Of a stretch of DNA of 24,017 nt, positions 1 through 7,978 are shown piece after piece. Position numbers and translations under genes: made by a program. Under the pieces are notes generated by a model that was not told where the DNA came from, did not search any database, and saw nothing but the letters and a program-made list of their open reading frames with translations. Every line of letters begins with the position of its first letter. The first letter of the stretch is position 1. Origin of the DNA: Chromatiales bacterium (GTDB lineage: Bacteria > Pseudomonadota > Gammaproteobacteria > JAGRCI01); assembly GCA_020445565.1 (NCBI GenBank), contig JAGRGI010000157.1, forward strand, positions 1-24,017, in the 5' to 3' direction.

Positions 1-121
1 TTTTCTGTGGCACTTTCCGTAGGCTCGCGCCCCCCAGGCGTTACCTGGCACCCTGCCCTGTGGAGCCCGGACTTTCCTCCCCATCGCCCGAAGGCGATAC
101 AGCGACTGCCTGGCCGACTTC
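1..121 (-). ncRNA. rnpB: RNase P RNA (M1 RNA, bacterial type A), 5' portion only; the gene continues beyond the window start
   Basis: The reverse complement of 1-121 reads GAAGTCGGCCAGGCAGTCGC...GGGAGGAAAGTCCGGGCTCCACAGGGCAGGGTGCCAGGTAACGCCTGGGGGG...GAAAGTGCCACAGAAAA. This matches the universally conserved P1-P4 region of bacterial RNase P RNA almost base for base (E. coli: GAAGCUGACCAGACAGUCGCC...GGAGGAAAGUCCGGGCUCCAUAGGGCAGGGUGCCAGGUAACGCCUGGGGGGGAAACC). The six-frame ORFs 7..384, 41..388 and 162..371 are therefore spurious. Confidence 0.85.
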
Positions 122-130
122 CCGGCACGG

Positions 131-160
131 AACATACAGCAAGAGCGGGTAGCACGCCAA
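131..160 (-). promoter_or_regulatory. putative sigma70 promoter of rnpB
   Basis: On the minus strand: -35 TTGGCG (rc of 155-160), an 18-nt spacer, then -10 TATGTT (rc of 131-136). The predicted start ~7 nt downstream coincides with the GAAG 5' end of the RNase P RNA at ~121. Confidence 0.4.
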
Positions 161-409
161 GTCAGCCAATACGATTTTCTTGCAGGCGCGCGAAACGCCA
201 ATGCTTCGCCAGTATTCGCCGCATCCGAGTCGGCACTTTCGTCGTACTTCCTGCCGTGAGCAGGTTGAAGTTGCCAAAACGAAAGGTGAATCTCCTGCCA
301 TACTCCTGGAACCTATCCCACAACAGAGGCCCTGATGTGACCTCTGCGCCCGGACAGGGTCCTGGTTCCATTGAGGAATTCTAGACAACCTTTGTCACTG
401 GAGTTGAAG

Positions 410-934
410 ATGATCAAGAGCAACCTAGTCCTTGCCACTACCCTGCTAGTCGCTGCCGCTACCGTCCATGCGGGAGGCAATCCGGAATTCGTTCCGTACC
501 CGCCAAACTATCAAAAAAGCATGGTTCACTATGCCACCCTGAATCGCGGTAACGGGAAGCAGGTGGCAAAGATGTATGCCGACCATGCAACGGTGGATGC
601 CTACCGCAACGGCAAGCCGGCCCCGACGGGTGCCTGGGTCATTATGGAAGTCTACAAAGCCAAATTTGACGCCAACAAACAGCCGGTCGTCGGTGTAGAC
701 GGCATTTTTGAGATCGCCGGGCCCGCAGCAACTGCGGTTATGCACCGCCTGGACTCCTGGCCTGCGGGGTTCCCGGCCAGCGACCGGGCTGGTGGCTGGG
801 GATTCGCGATGTACACGCCCGACGGCAAGCCGAAGGAGAACAAGCTGGAGTGCGCCAAGTGCCACGTTCCGTTGGATAAACAGGACTTCCTTGTGACCCA
901 CGATCGGCTGATGAAATACGCCTCTCAGCACTAG
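410..934 (+). CDS. secreted c-type cytochrome, cytochrome P460 / cytochrome c'-beta-like family (single C-terminal CxxCH)
   Basis: ATG at 410 preceded by TGGAG 6 nt upstream. N-terminal signal peptide MIKSNLVLATTLLVAAATVHA. Size ~175 aa with a single heme motif CAKCH ~25 residues from the C-terminus, the architecture typical of P460/c'-beta cytochromes. Family assignment is by pattern, not by search. Confidence 0.5.
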   Translation: MIKSNLVLATTLLVAAATVHAGGNPEFVPYPPNYQKSMVHYATLNRGNGKQVAKMYADHATVDAYRNGKPAPTGAWVIMEVYKAKFDANKQPVVGVDGIFEIAGPAATAVMHRLDSWPAGFPASDRAGGWGFAMYTPDGKPKENKLECAKCHVPLDKQDFLVTHDRLMKYASQH

Positions 935-1185
935 GAGGCTATGCCCCGGCGAGCGGTGCGCTGCCACGCAGCAAACCTGTGGGAGCGCACCGTTCGTCCA
1001 ACCCATTCGATTCCCTGCCCGATTCCCTCGGCGCACCACCCGCTTCGCCAGCAGTTAAACGGCCATTGAACACCGCGAGTGATGTTGTGGTTTGATGAGA
1101 GCCTGTCCATCCTCCGCATCTGCGCTGCCCGAAGCATGCGGTAATACCCGCCGGTCCGAACCGCATCCCAAGCCATCAGTTACCG

Positions 1186-3687
1186 TCAGCCGATGGCCAT
1201 CCCGGACTCCCCCTGGCTCAGCGACCGTTCCATCTCTTGCGGATCAAACTCCTCCAGGACGCGGGCAATGCCCTCTGCCGGCAGAGGCCGGCCCAGCAGA
1301 TAACCCTGCCCATAGCGACAACCGCAACGGCGCAGAAAGTACAGTTGCTCGGCAGTTTCGATACCCTCGGCGACGGCTTCGATGCGCAACGCCTGTCCAA
1401 GAACGATGGCCGCCTTGACGATTGCGGCATCGTCCGGGTCCTTGCCGCAGGCAAAAACGAAGGAACGGTCGATCTTGAGCTTGTCCACCGGCAGTTGCTT
1501 GAGCCGGTTGAGGGAGGAATAGCCGGTGCCAAAATCATCGATGGCGATACTCACCCCCAATGCCCGCAGCCCCTCCATCACGGTCACGGCACGCGCCGAC
1601 TCCTTCATGATGCAACTTTCAGTCATCTCCAACTCCAGGGAACTTCCAGGCAGGGCGGTGTCGATCAACACCTGCCGTACCGCCTCGAGGTAGCCGGGAG
1701 CCTGCAATTGCAGGGTGGAGACGTTGACGCTGACATGATCCAGCTCCAGGTTCAGATCGCGCCATTGCCGCAATTGTCGACAGGACGTCTCCAGGACCCA
1801 ATGGCCAAGGGCGCCAATCAATCCGGCACCTTCGGCCACGGGGATGAAATCTTCCGGCGAAACCTCGCCCAATTCCTCGCTGTACCAGCGAGCCAGGGCT
1901 TCCACGCCTACCGGCCGACCGGACTCCAGCTCGGTCTGCAACTGGTACTCGACCCGCAACTCGTCGTCTTCGAGGGCGCGGCGCAGTTCGTTCTCCATGG
2001 ACAAGCGACGGCGCGAACGTTCGGTCAGTTCGCTGGTATAGAACCGAAAACCGTTGCGCCCCCCCTCCTTGGCCAGATACATGGCCGCGTCGGCGTTGCG
2101 CAGCAAGGTACTACGATCCCCGCCGTCGTCGGGAAAACGACTGATGCCGATACTGGTGCTGATGTGCAGCTCGTGTCCCTGGGTGAAATAAGGCAGCGCA
2201 ATGGATGTGAGGAGTTTGCGCGCAACCTCCGTGATCGCCGCCTCATTGGCAGGATCGTGGAGCAGCACGACGAATTCATCGCCACCGAAACGGGCAACAG
2301 TGTCTTCTTCACGCAATAACTGCCGCAAGCGCTCGGCAACCTTGCACAGCAAGGCGTCGCCAACCGGATGGCCCAGGCTGTCGTTGATGAACTTGAACCC
2401 GTCCAGATCGAAGAACAATACGGCGAGGGCTTTGCGCTGCCGGCGGGCATGGCGAATCGCCTGTTCGAGCCGATCCATCAGCAGCGATCGATTCGGTAAC
2501 CCGGTAAGCACATCGTGATGGGCCAGTCGCCGGATTCGGTCTTCGTCGCGCTTTTTTTCGGTGATGTCGGTGGAAATCACGCCGGTACCACGCAGGGTTC
2601 CGGTCTCATCCAACACCGGAAACTTTACCGATAGATAGGTCCGATTCGCGCCACGTATGGGTAGCCGTTCTTCAAATTCCCTGGAACGTCTTTCCCGGCG
2701 TACCAGCCGGTCGATATTGCGCTTGCTCTCGGCCACCTCGTTTGGAAACAGATCGAAATCGGTTTTTCCCAGAATCATCCGGGCGGGTCTTCCAAGCAGA
2801 GACTCGAAGTAGCGGTTCACCAGCAGGTAACGTCCCTCGCTATCCTTCAGGCAAATGATGGTGCGGGCATTGTCGATGATCGACTGCAAGCGGGCGCGCA
2901 GCTGGCTGCTACTCTCCAACTGGGCCAAAAACGCGATCATCAGAAACACCAACGCCGCGGCATAGGCCGAAAGACGGATCAGATGCCACCACCACCAGTG
3001 GGCGTCCCAGGGGTGGGAGAACTCGAACAGCAGTCCAGCGGCGCCGAACAAGGCACACAAAGCCACGAACAGGAGGTGATCGATGCCCTTGTCCTGCCGA
3101 TGTCGATTGGCCAGGGCCACGGAGGCCAGTACGAACAACAAGCCTCCGGCCACGTTCAAGACGCGGGCGCTACGGGTAAACTGTCCCTGCTCGTCGAGCA
3201 TGGCGGGTGCCGCTTCGGGCATGGACAACCAGAAGACCCCGGAAACGAAGGCCACCAGCCCGGTCAACACGACCGGCAAGGCACGGCGCATCCAGGCAAG
3301 GCGCCACTCCGGCACCCAGACCAAACAAAAAAGTGCGCCACCGGCCAGCGTTGCCAATGTATGCAACCAGACGACATTGTTGCCCGGAAACGAGGCTGCA
3401 TGCACACCATCGAGAGTGCCCATCGCCACCAACGCAATCGGCATGGCAGGATGTAGCGGCGTACCCCGGTTTTCCTCGCGGATCAACAGGATCCAAAAGG
3501 CCACTCCGACAGCGATCAGGGCCCCCATGGACTCCATGGTGCTGTGCAAGGGAATGTGCATCCAAATCCGATCCTTCGGCAAACCAGCCGCAACCAGTAC
3601 GGTTACCGCCACCGCCAGCAAGGGCAGCCCCCAGACTCGCAGCCGATACTGGCCGCGATTCAGAACTCGCTCGGATTTCTCCGCCAC
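1186..3687 (-). CDS. membrane-anchored PAS-GGDEF-EAL c-di-GMP signalling protein (diguanylate cyclase/phosphodiesterase)
   Basis: 833-aa ORF with GTG start at 3687 and a GGAG 7 nt upstream. ~270-aa multi-helix hydrophobic N-terminus, a PAS-like segment, an intact GGDEF motif (RFGGDEFVVLL) and an EAL motif (EALARW), with DDFGTGYSS and KIDRSFV signatures of EAL domains. Confidence 0.9.
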   Translation of the reverse strand: MAEKSERVLNRGQYRLRVWGLPLLAVAVTVLVAAGLPKDRIWMHIPLHSTMESMGALIAVGVAFWILLIREENRGTPLHPAMPIALVAMGTLDGVHAASFPGNNVVWLHTLATLAGGALFCLVWVPEWRLAWMRRALPVVLTGLVAFVSGVFWLSMPEAAPAMLDEQGQFTRSARVLNVAGGLLFVLASVALANRHRQDKGIDHLLFVALCALFGAAGLLFEFSHPWDAHWWWWHLIRLSAYAAALVFLMIAFLAQLESSSQLRARLQSIIDNARTIICLKDSEGRYLLVNRYFESLLGRPARMILGKTDFDLFPNEVAESKRNIDRLVRRERRSREFEERLPIRGANRTYLSVKFPVLDETGTLRGTGVISTDITEKKRDEDRIRRLAHHDVLTGLPNRSLLMDRLEQAIRHARRQRKALAVLFFDLDGFKFINDSLGHPVGDALLCKVAERLRQLLREEDTVARFGGDEFVVLLHDPANEAAITEVARKLLTSIALPYFTQGHELHISTSIGISRFPDDGGDRSTLLRNADAAMYLAKEGGRNGFRFYTSELTERSRRRLSMENELRRALEDDELRVEYQLQTELESGRPVGVEALARWYSEELGEVSPEDFIPVAEGAGLIGALGHWVLETSCRQLRQWRDLNLELDHVSVNVSTLQLQAPGYLEAVRQVLIDTALPGSSLELEMTESCIMKESARAVTVMEGLRALGVSIAIDDFGTGYSSLNRLKQLPVDKLKIDRSFVFACGKDPDDAAIVKAAIVLGQALRIEAVAEGIETAEQLYFLRRCGCRYGQGYLLGRPLPAEGIARVLEEFDPQEMERSLSQGESGMAIG

Positions 3688-3815
3688 CTACTCACTCCAA
3701 TGGGAATCCTTCCCGTTGCTATTTTTCCGCCTGCGCTCGACAAGCGCTTGGGCTGCTTGGCAACTCAAACCTCTGCCCTAAATCTAGTCAAAAAGAAACC
3801 GGGCCGTACAAAGGA

Positions 3816-4418
3816 TCAGCCCATTTCGCCCATACGCGACAGGGTGCGCGACAGGGCACGCAATGTTTCCAGGGCCACTTGGCGCTCACGCGGTCCCAGC
3901 GCCGAGTAAAGCATCATCAATTCGCGGATATCTTCGGGGAAGGACTGGCAGAGCGGATCATTCTCCACCTGCTGTTCGTCCATCCAACCCTCGGCCCGGT
4001 CCAAGACCCGCTCCAGCGCGCGGGCGAGGGCATCGTCGATCGGCAAAAAAGGGTTGTCCAGGAATGCCTCCAGGTCCGCCTTGCTGAGCCCCAGCGATTT
4101 GGCCAACCGCGCGAGCGCGCCACGCTTGGAGAGGCGCTCCTCGATCAGATGGCTCAGGTTCTGGTGGCGTATCGCCTGCCGGTCGCGTTCACTGGGACGG
4201 ATGGGGCCATCGCCAAACATCAGCCAACAAGGCGAAGTTCCTGTCGCCTGAGCAATGAGACGAAGGTCATCTGCCGCCGGCGCGGAAATGCCGGCCTCGT
4301 AATTGCCCAGCCGCGATGGCTTCCATTCCGGGATGCGCGCCAGCAGTTGCGCCTGTGTCTCCAGACCGGCCATTTTGCGGGCCAGCTTGATACGCGCGGC
4401 AATGGTGTTGGCTTTCAC
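3816..4418 (-). CDS. XRE-family helix-turn-helix transcriptional regulator with a ~130-aa C-terminal domain of unknown function
   Basis: 200-aa ORF with GTG start at 4418. N-terminus ARIKLARKMAGLETQAQLLARIPEWKPSRLGNYEAG is a classic Cro/C1-type HTH. Divergent from a strong plus-strand promoter, with AT-rich near-palindromes (TTGAATAAATTATCAA) between them. Confidence 0.7.
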   Translation of the reverse strand: MKANTIAARIKLARKMAGLETQAQLLARIPEWKPSRLGNYEAGISAPAADDLRLIAQATGTSPCWLMFGDGPIRPSERDRQAIRHQNLSHLIEERLSKRGALARLAKSLGLSKADLEAFLDNPFLPIDDALARALERVLDRAEGWMDEQQVENDPLCQSFPEDIRELMMLYSALGPRERQVALETLRALSRTLSRMGEMG

Positions 4419-4476
4419 GGATTCAGGTGCCCGATTGAGATTCTTGAATAAATTATCAAGGTAGTTGAAAAAACGA

Positions 4477-4504
4477 TTGACATCATTCCTGGCGGGCCTA
4501 TACT
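4477..4504 (+). promoter_or_regulatory. near-consensus sigma70 promoter (TTGACA - 16 nt - TATACT)
   Basis: Read directly: TTGACA at 4477-4482 and TATACT at 4499-4504. It is divergent from the XRE regulator gene and no CDS is immediately downstream. Confidence 0.5.
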
Positions 4505-4510
4505 TCGCCC

Positions 4511-4756
4511 CACCTTTGATTCAGGAGTACATCACGTGCACACCCTAATCGCAAAACTATCGCTCGGCCGCATGGCACCCCGGAATGAATTCCGCGGACC
4601 TTGTTTCGGCGCCGATTTTTGCGTTGCCGGTTTCGGCGGCCAAGGCGGCACGAGAATACTGACACCCTGACGTCTTTCTGTAATTCCGGGAAGGCGCCGC
4701 GCAGCTCGCCTTCCGGACAAAACCCCGGTCGGCCGCCGCTGATCGGGGTTTTTTTG
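4511..4756 (+). ncRNA. candidate ~245-nt small RNA / structured leader transcript (promoter-to-terminator unit)
   Basis: Bounded by the consensus promoter above and an intrinsic terminator at 4721-4756. No convincing ORF. Contains perfect hairpins: CGGAATgAATTCCG at ~4571-4590 and GGAAGGCG...CGCCTTCC at 4688-4713. Not assignable to 6S, tmRNA, SRP or RNase P by eye. Confidence 0.3.
4721..4756 (+). terminator. rho-independent terminator
   Basis: GC-rich hairpin CCCCGGTCGGCCGCCGCTGATCGGGG followed by TTTTTTT. Confidence 0.6.
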
Positions 4757-4902
4757 TGGCTTCGCGTCGGTCCGATTCCCACGCAAGCCGACGAGTTGGA
4801 TTCAGTTGTCCGTCACCGCGATAGCGGGTTCGAAATACCCGCCTGGCACGCACCACGCTGTGGTAGGGCGTGTACCGGACGGACACCGGGATCTGACGCC
4901 AA

Positions 4903-4975
4903 CGCGCTGTAGCTCAGTCGGGTAGAGCAACTGGTTCATCACCAGTGGACGAGGGTTCGAGTCCCTCCACCGCAC
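4903..4975 (+). pseudogene. tRNA-like element with CAT anticodon, probable degenerate tRNA (pseudo-tRNA or att remnant)
   Basis: Cloverleaf readable: D arm GCTC/GAGC, perfect anticodon stem ACTGG/CCAGT with loop TTCATCA, perfect T arm GAGGG-TTCGAGT-CCCTC. Defects: the acceptor stem has two mismatches (C1-A72, C5-C68), position 37 is a pyrimidine, and no CCA is encoded. A second isolated T-arm-like fragment (CGGGGTTCGACTCCCCACC) lies at ~5001-5022. Confidence 0.45.
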
Positions 4976-5288
4976 CTCTGGAAAAGGTCTGCAAAACCTC
5001 GGGGTTCGACTCCCCACCTAAACGGCTGGCGACCGTCAAAGCGCCTGGACATGCCCCGGCCGGGGACACCTCACGAGGGAAGAGCCGGCAGCATCGATTC
5101 CGCTTCGTACCGGAACCGCCCCAAACCCGAGCCGACTGGCGAGGGTGATCGTTGTGACAATAGCAGGATGCACGCCGACGACAGGATGTCGGCTCACACG
5201 ACTCCCGAACCGGGTCCGCCGGGCTTGTGCCCTACGGTCCGCGGATCGGTGCGGGGCATGTACACCCCAACAAGAAAGGAGAAGACAG

Positions 5289-6416
5289 ATGTTCGCCTAC
5301 AAGAAGTTTGTAATTGCCGAACACGAGCGTGGACTGCTGTTCAAGGACAGGCGTCTGAGCGCTGTGTTGCTGCCCGGCATCTATCGCCGTTTTGACCCCT
5401 GGGACCGGATCGCGGTGCTGGTGCACGATCTCAGCGAGCCCGAATTCGAACACCCGTTGGCGGAATTGTTTTTGAACACCGCGGCCGAAACCGTCGCCGA
5501 ACACCTGCATCTGATCAGCGTCGGCGAGCAGGAAGTGGTGCTTGTGTACAAGAGCGATACCTTGTCCGAGGTGCTGCCGCCGCAATCTCGCCGGGTGTAC
5601 TGGAAGGGGCCGGTACGGGTCAGTCAGGTGACGGTGGATATCCGCGAGGACTACGAACTCGATCGCAAACTGGCGGCTACGCTGATGCAGTCCCCCACGG
5701 TATCCAGAAACTCGGTCTACCGGGCCGAGGTGCCGGACCGGCATGTGGGCCTGTTGATCGTGGACGGTGAGCTGGTTCGTTCCCTGGCACCGGGTCCACA
5801 TGCCTTTTGGACCTTCAACCGCACCATTCGCGTGGAGATTTTGGATACCCGTGTGCAGGTCATGGAGATCGGCGGGCAGGAGATCCTCAGCCGTGACAAG
5901 GTCAGCCTGCGGGTGAACCTGGCGGCGCAGTATCGGGTCAGCGATCCGGTGAGGGCGCGGGCGGAGTTGAACAACCCGCTGGAGTGGCTCTACCGCGAAT
6001 TGCAGTTCGCCCTGCGGCAAGCGGTGGGGGCGCGCACCCTGGACAACCTGTTGGGCAACAAGGACGGGTTGGACCGGGCCATTTTCGAGGCGGTCGCAGA
6101 ACGCGCCGCCGAGAACGGCTTCGTGGTCAGCAGCGTGGGTCTGAAGGACGTGATCCTGCCCGGTGACATGAAGGAGATCCTCAACCAGGTGGTGCAGGCG
6201 GAGAAGGTCGCCCAGGCCAACGTGATCAAGCGTCGTGAGGAGACCGCGGCGACCCGCTCGCTGTTGAACACCGCCCGGCTCATGGACGAGAACCCGACCC
6301 TGCTGCGACTCAAGGAATTGGAGATGCTGGAGAAGGTGACGGAGAAGGTGGATCGCCTGACCGTGTTCGGTGGGCTGGACGGCGTGCTCAAGGACACGGT
6401 GCGCATCAACGTGTAG
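5289..6416 (+). CDS. SPFH/band-7 (stomatin/slipin-like) domain protein with a ~150-aa N-terminal extension of unknown function
   Basis: ATG at 5289 with AGGAG 7 nt upstream (the longer ORF from 5145 lacks an RBS). The C-terminal two-thirds carry SPFH hallmarks (LRQAVGARTLDNLL..., QVVQAEKVAQANVIKRREETAATRSLLNTARLM...NPTLLRLKELEMLEKV). No obvious TM helix. Confidence 0.8.
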   Translation: MFAYKKFVIAEHERGLLFKDRRLSAVLLPGIYRRFDPWDRIAVLVHDLSEPEFEHPLAELFLNTAAETVAEHLHLISVGEQEVVLVYKSDTLSEVLPPQSRRVYWKGPVRVSQVTVDIREDYELDRKLAATLMQSPTVSRNSVYRAEVPDRHVGLLIVDGELVRSLAPGPHAFWTFNRTIRVEILDTRVQVMEIGGQEILSRDKVSLRVNLAAQYRVSDPVRARAELNNPLEWLYRELQFALRQAVGARTLDNLLGNKDGLDRAIFEAVAERAAENGFVVSSVGLKDVILPGDMKEILNQVVQAEKVAQANVIKRREETAATRSLLNTARLMDENPTLLRLKELEMLEKVTEKVDRLTVFGGLDGVLKDTVRINV

Positions 6417-6470
6417 GAAAGTGCAAGGCGGTCCGGGCAATGGGGCCCGGACCGACAAGAGGTGAAAAAC

Positions 6471-7670
6471 ATGCCAATCAAACGGGTGATTACCCAGGGC
6501 AAGGTGCCGGTAAAGATCTACACCGACGAGGTGGAGCCGGAAGCCATAAAGCAACTGACCAACATCTCGCGGCTACCCATCGTGCATTCGCATGTGGCGG
6601 CGATGCCGGATGTGCATCTGGGGATCGGTGCCACGGTGGGATCGGTAATCCCTACCAAGTCGGCCATCATTCCGGCGGCCGTGGGTGTGGATATCGGTTG
6701 CGGTATGAACGCCGTGCGTCTGTCGCTCAGGGCCGAGGACCTGCCCGACAATCTGCGTCGAATCCGTTCGTCCATCGAAAAGGCGGTGCCGGTAGGATTT
6801 GATCTGCACAAGGAAGACCCGGTGAAGCGCTCCACCATCACGGCCCTGAACACCGGTCTGCGGCGCATCCAGCAAAAGCATCCGGCCCTGGAGCGGATGC
6901 AGGAGAAGAAAGCATACTCCACCTGGGTCCGACAGCTCGGCACACTGGGAGGCGGAAACCACTTCATCGAGATCTGCCTGGACGAGTCCGGCTCGGTCTG
7001 GGTGATGCTGCACTCCGGTTCCCGCGGTATCGGCAGCCAGATCGGCCGTTACTTCATCGGTCTGGCGAAAAAGGACATGGAAAGCCAGTTGGGCCAGTTG
7101 CCGGATCGCGACCTGGCCTACTTCACCGAGGGTGCGGAACACTTCGAGGACTACGTGGAGGCGGTGCACTGGGCGCAGGACTACGCCATGGAGAATCGGC
7201 GCCAGATGATGCGGCTGATCGTGGAGGCCTTGCGCGGCGTGCTGCCAAGCTTCGAGGCCACCGCCGAGGCGATCAACTGCCATCACAACTACGTGGCGCG
7301 GGAGACGCACTACGGTGAGAACGTGTTCGTCACCCGCAAGGGGGCGATTCGTGCCGGCGCGGGCGAGCTGGGCATCATACCGGGCAGCATGGGGGCCAAG
7401 TCCTTCATCGTGCGCGGTTTGGGTAACGAAGAGAGCTTCTGTTCCTGTTCCCACGGGGCAGGCCGACGCATGAGCCGGACCCAGGCAAAGAAGCGCTTCA
7501 ACGCCCACGACATGGAACGCCAGACCGAGGGCGTGGAGTGTCGTAAGGATAGCGGTGTGGTGGATGAGATCCCGGCCGCTTACAAAGACATCGACGTGGT
7601 GATGGAAAACCAGTCTGACCTGGTGGAAGTGGTGCATACCCTCAAGCAGATCGTCTGCGTGAAGGGATGA
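6471..7670 (+). CDS. rtcB: RNA-splicing ligase RtcB (3'-phosphate/5'-OH RNA ligase)
   Basis: ATG at 6471 with AAGAGGTG 6 nt upstream. RtcB signatures MPDVHLGIGATVGSV, GGNHFIEI, CHHNY and SHGAGR. ~400 aa. No rtcA or rtcR in the window. Confidence 0.9.
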   Translation: MPIKRVITQGKVPVKIYTDEVEPEAIKQLTNISRLPIVHSHVAAMPDVHLGIGATVGSVIPTKSAIIPAAVGVDIGCGMNAVRLSLRAEDLPDNLRRIRSSIEKAVPVGFDLHKEDPVKRSTITALNTGLRRIQQKHPALERMQEKKAYSTWVRQLGTLGGGNHFIEICLDESGSVWVMLHSGSRGIGSQIGRYFIGLAKKDMESQLGQLPDRDLAYFTEGAEHFEDYVEAVHWAQDYAMENRRQMMRLIVEALRGVLPSFEATAEAINCHHNYVARETHYGENVFVTRKGAIRAGAGELGIIPGSMGAKSFIVRGLGNEESFCSCSHGAGRRMSRTQAKKRFNAHDMERQTEGVECRKDSGVVDEIPAAYKDIDVVMENQSDLVEVVHTLKQIVCVKG

Positions 7671-7684
7671 TCCTCCAACAGTCT

Positions 7685-7707
7685 GGGCGGGGCTGCAAGC
7701 CCCGCCC
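7685..7707 (+). terminator. hairpin after rtcB (possible terminator, weak U-tract)
   Basis: GGGCGGGGC-TGCAA-GCCCCGCCC immediately after the rtcB stop. Confidence 0.4.
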
Positions 7708-7770
7708 TCTCCGTTACCGATCGAAAACGCAGGGCAAGGCACTATCAAAACAATGCTCAGGAACCAAGCC

Positions 7771-7941
7771 ATGAATAGCAAAAAAGTCAGCGGGATTCGC
7801 AACCCCGTCGCCAGATCGCCCTTGCTACGCAAAGGTGGAACCCACGAACGCAGCCGCTCCGGCGAACGCCAATCCGAGCAACGCCGACTGGAGCGGGAGC
7901 TGGCACGGTGGCATCCCGACAAGCGCGACCCGCAAACGTAA
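7771..7941 (+). CDS. small basic hypothetical protein (56 aa)
   Basis: ATG at 7771 with AGGAA 7 nt upstream (the 7753 start lacks an RBS). Highly basic, low complexity (MNSKKVSGIRNPVARSPLLRKGGTHERSRSGERQSEQRRLERELARWHPDKRDPQT). Coding status uncertain. Confidence 0.35.
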   Translation: MNSKKVSGIRNPVARSPLLRKGGTHERSRSGERQSEQRRLERELARWHPDKRDPQT

Positions 7942-7978
7942 ACGTCTATGCTTCTACGAAGGCATCCTGGAGGCTCCC

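Noticed and set aside
7-388. ORFs 7..384 (+), 41..388 (-), 162..371 (-)
   Set aside because: They overlap the conserved 5' region of RNase P RNA and its promoter. No RBS. They are GC-rich frame artefacts.
1237-2319. 360-aa plus-strand ORF and other long ORFs antisense to the GGDEF-EAL gene (also 3083..3781, 3207..4451)
   Set aside because: They lie entirely within or antisense to a gene with clear domain signatures. These are typical high-GC antisense open frames with no RBS or motifs.
4903-4975. Calling this a functional tRNA-Met gene
   Set aside because: Two acceptor-stem mismatches, a pyrimidine at position 37 and no encoded CCA, whereas the bona fide tRNA in this window encodes CCA. Kept as a pseudo-tRNA or tRNA-like element pending tRNAscan-SE.
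7753-7770. Start of the small basic ORF at ATG 7753 (62 aa)
   Set aside because: No RBS, whereas ATG 7771 has AGGAA at a good distance. The ArfA identification for this ORF was also considered and not adopted because the characteristic KGKGSY-type motif is absent.
5232-7922. Minus-strand ORFs 5232..6554 (440 aa) and 6573..7922 (449 aa)
   Set aside because: Antisense to the SPFH and RtcB genes, which carry unambiguous family motifs. His/Arg/Gly-rich junk composition.
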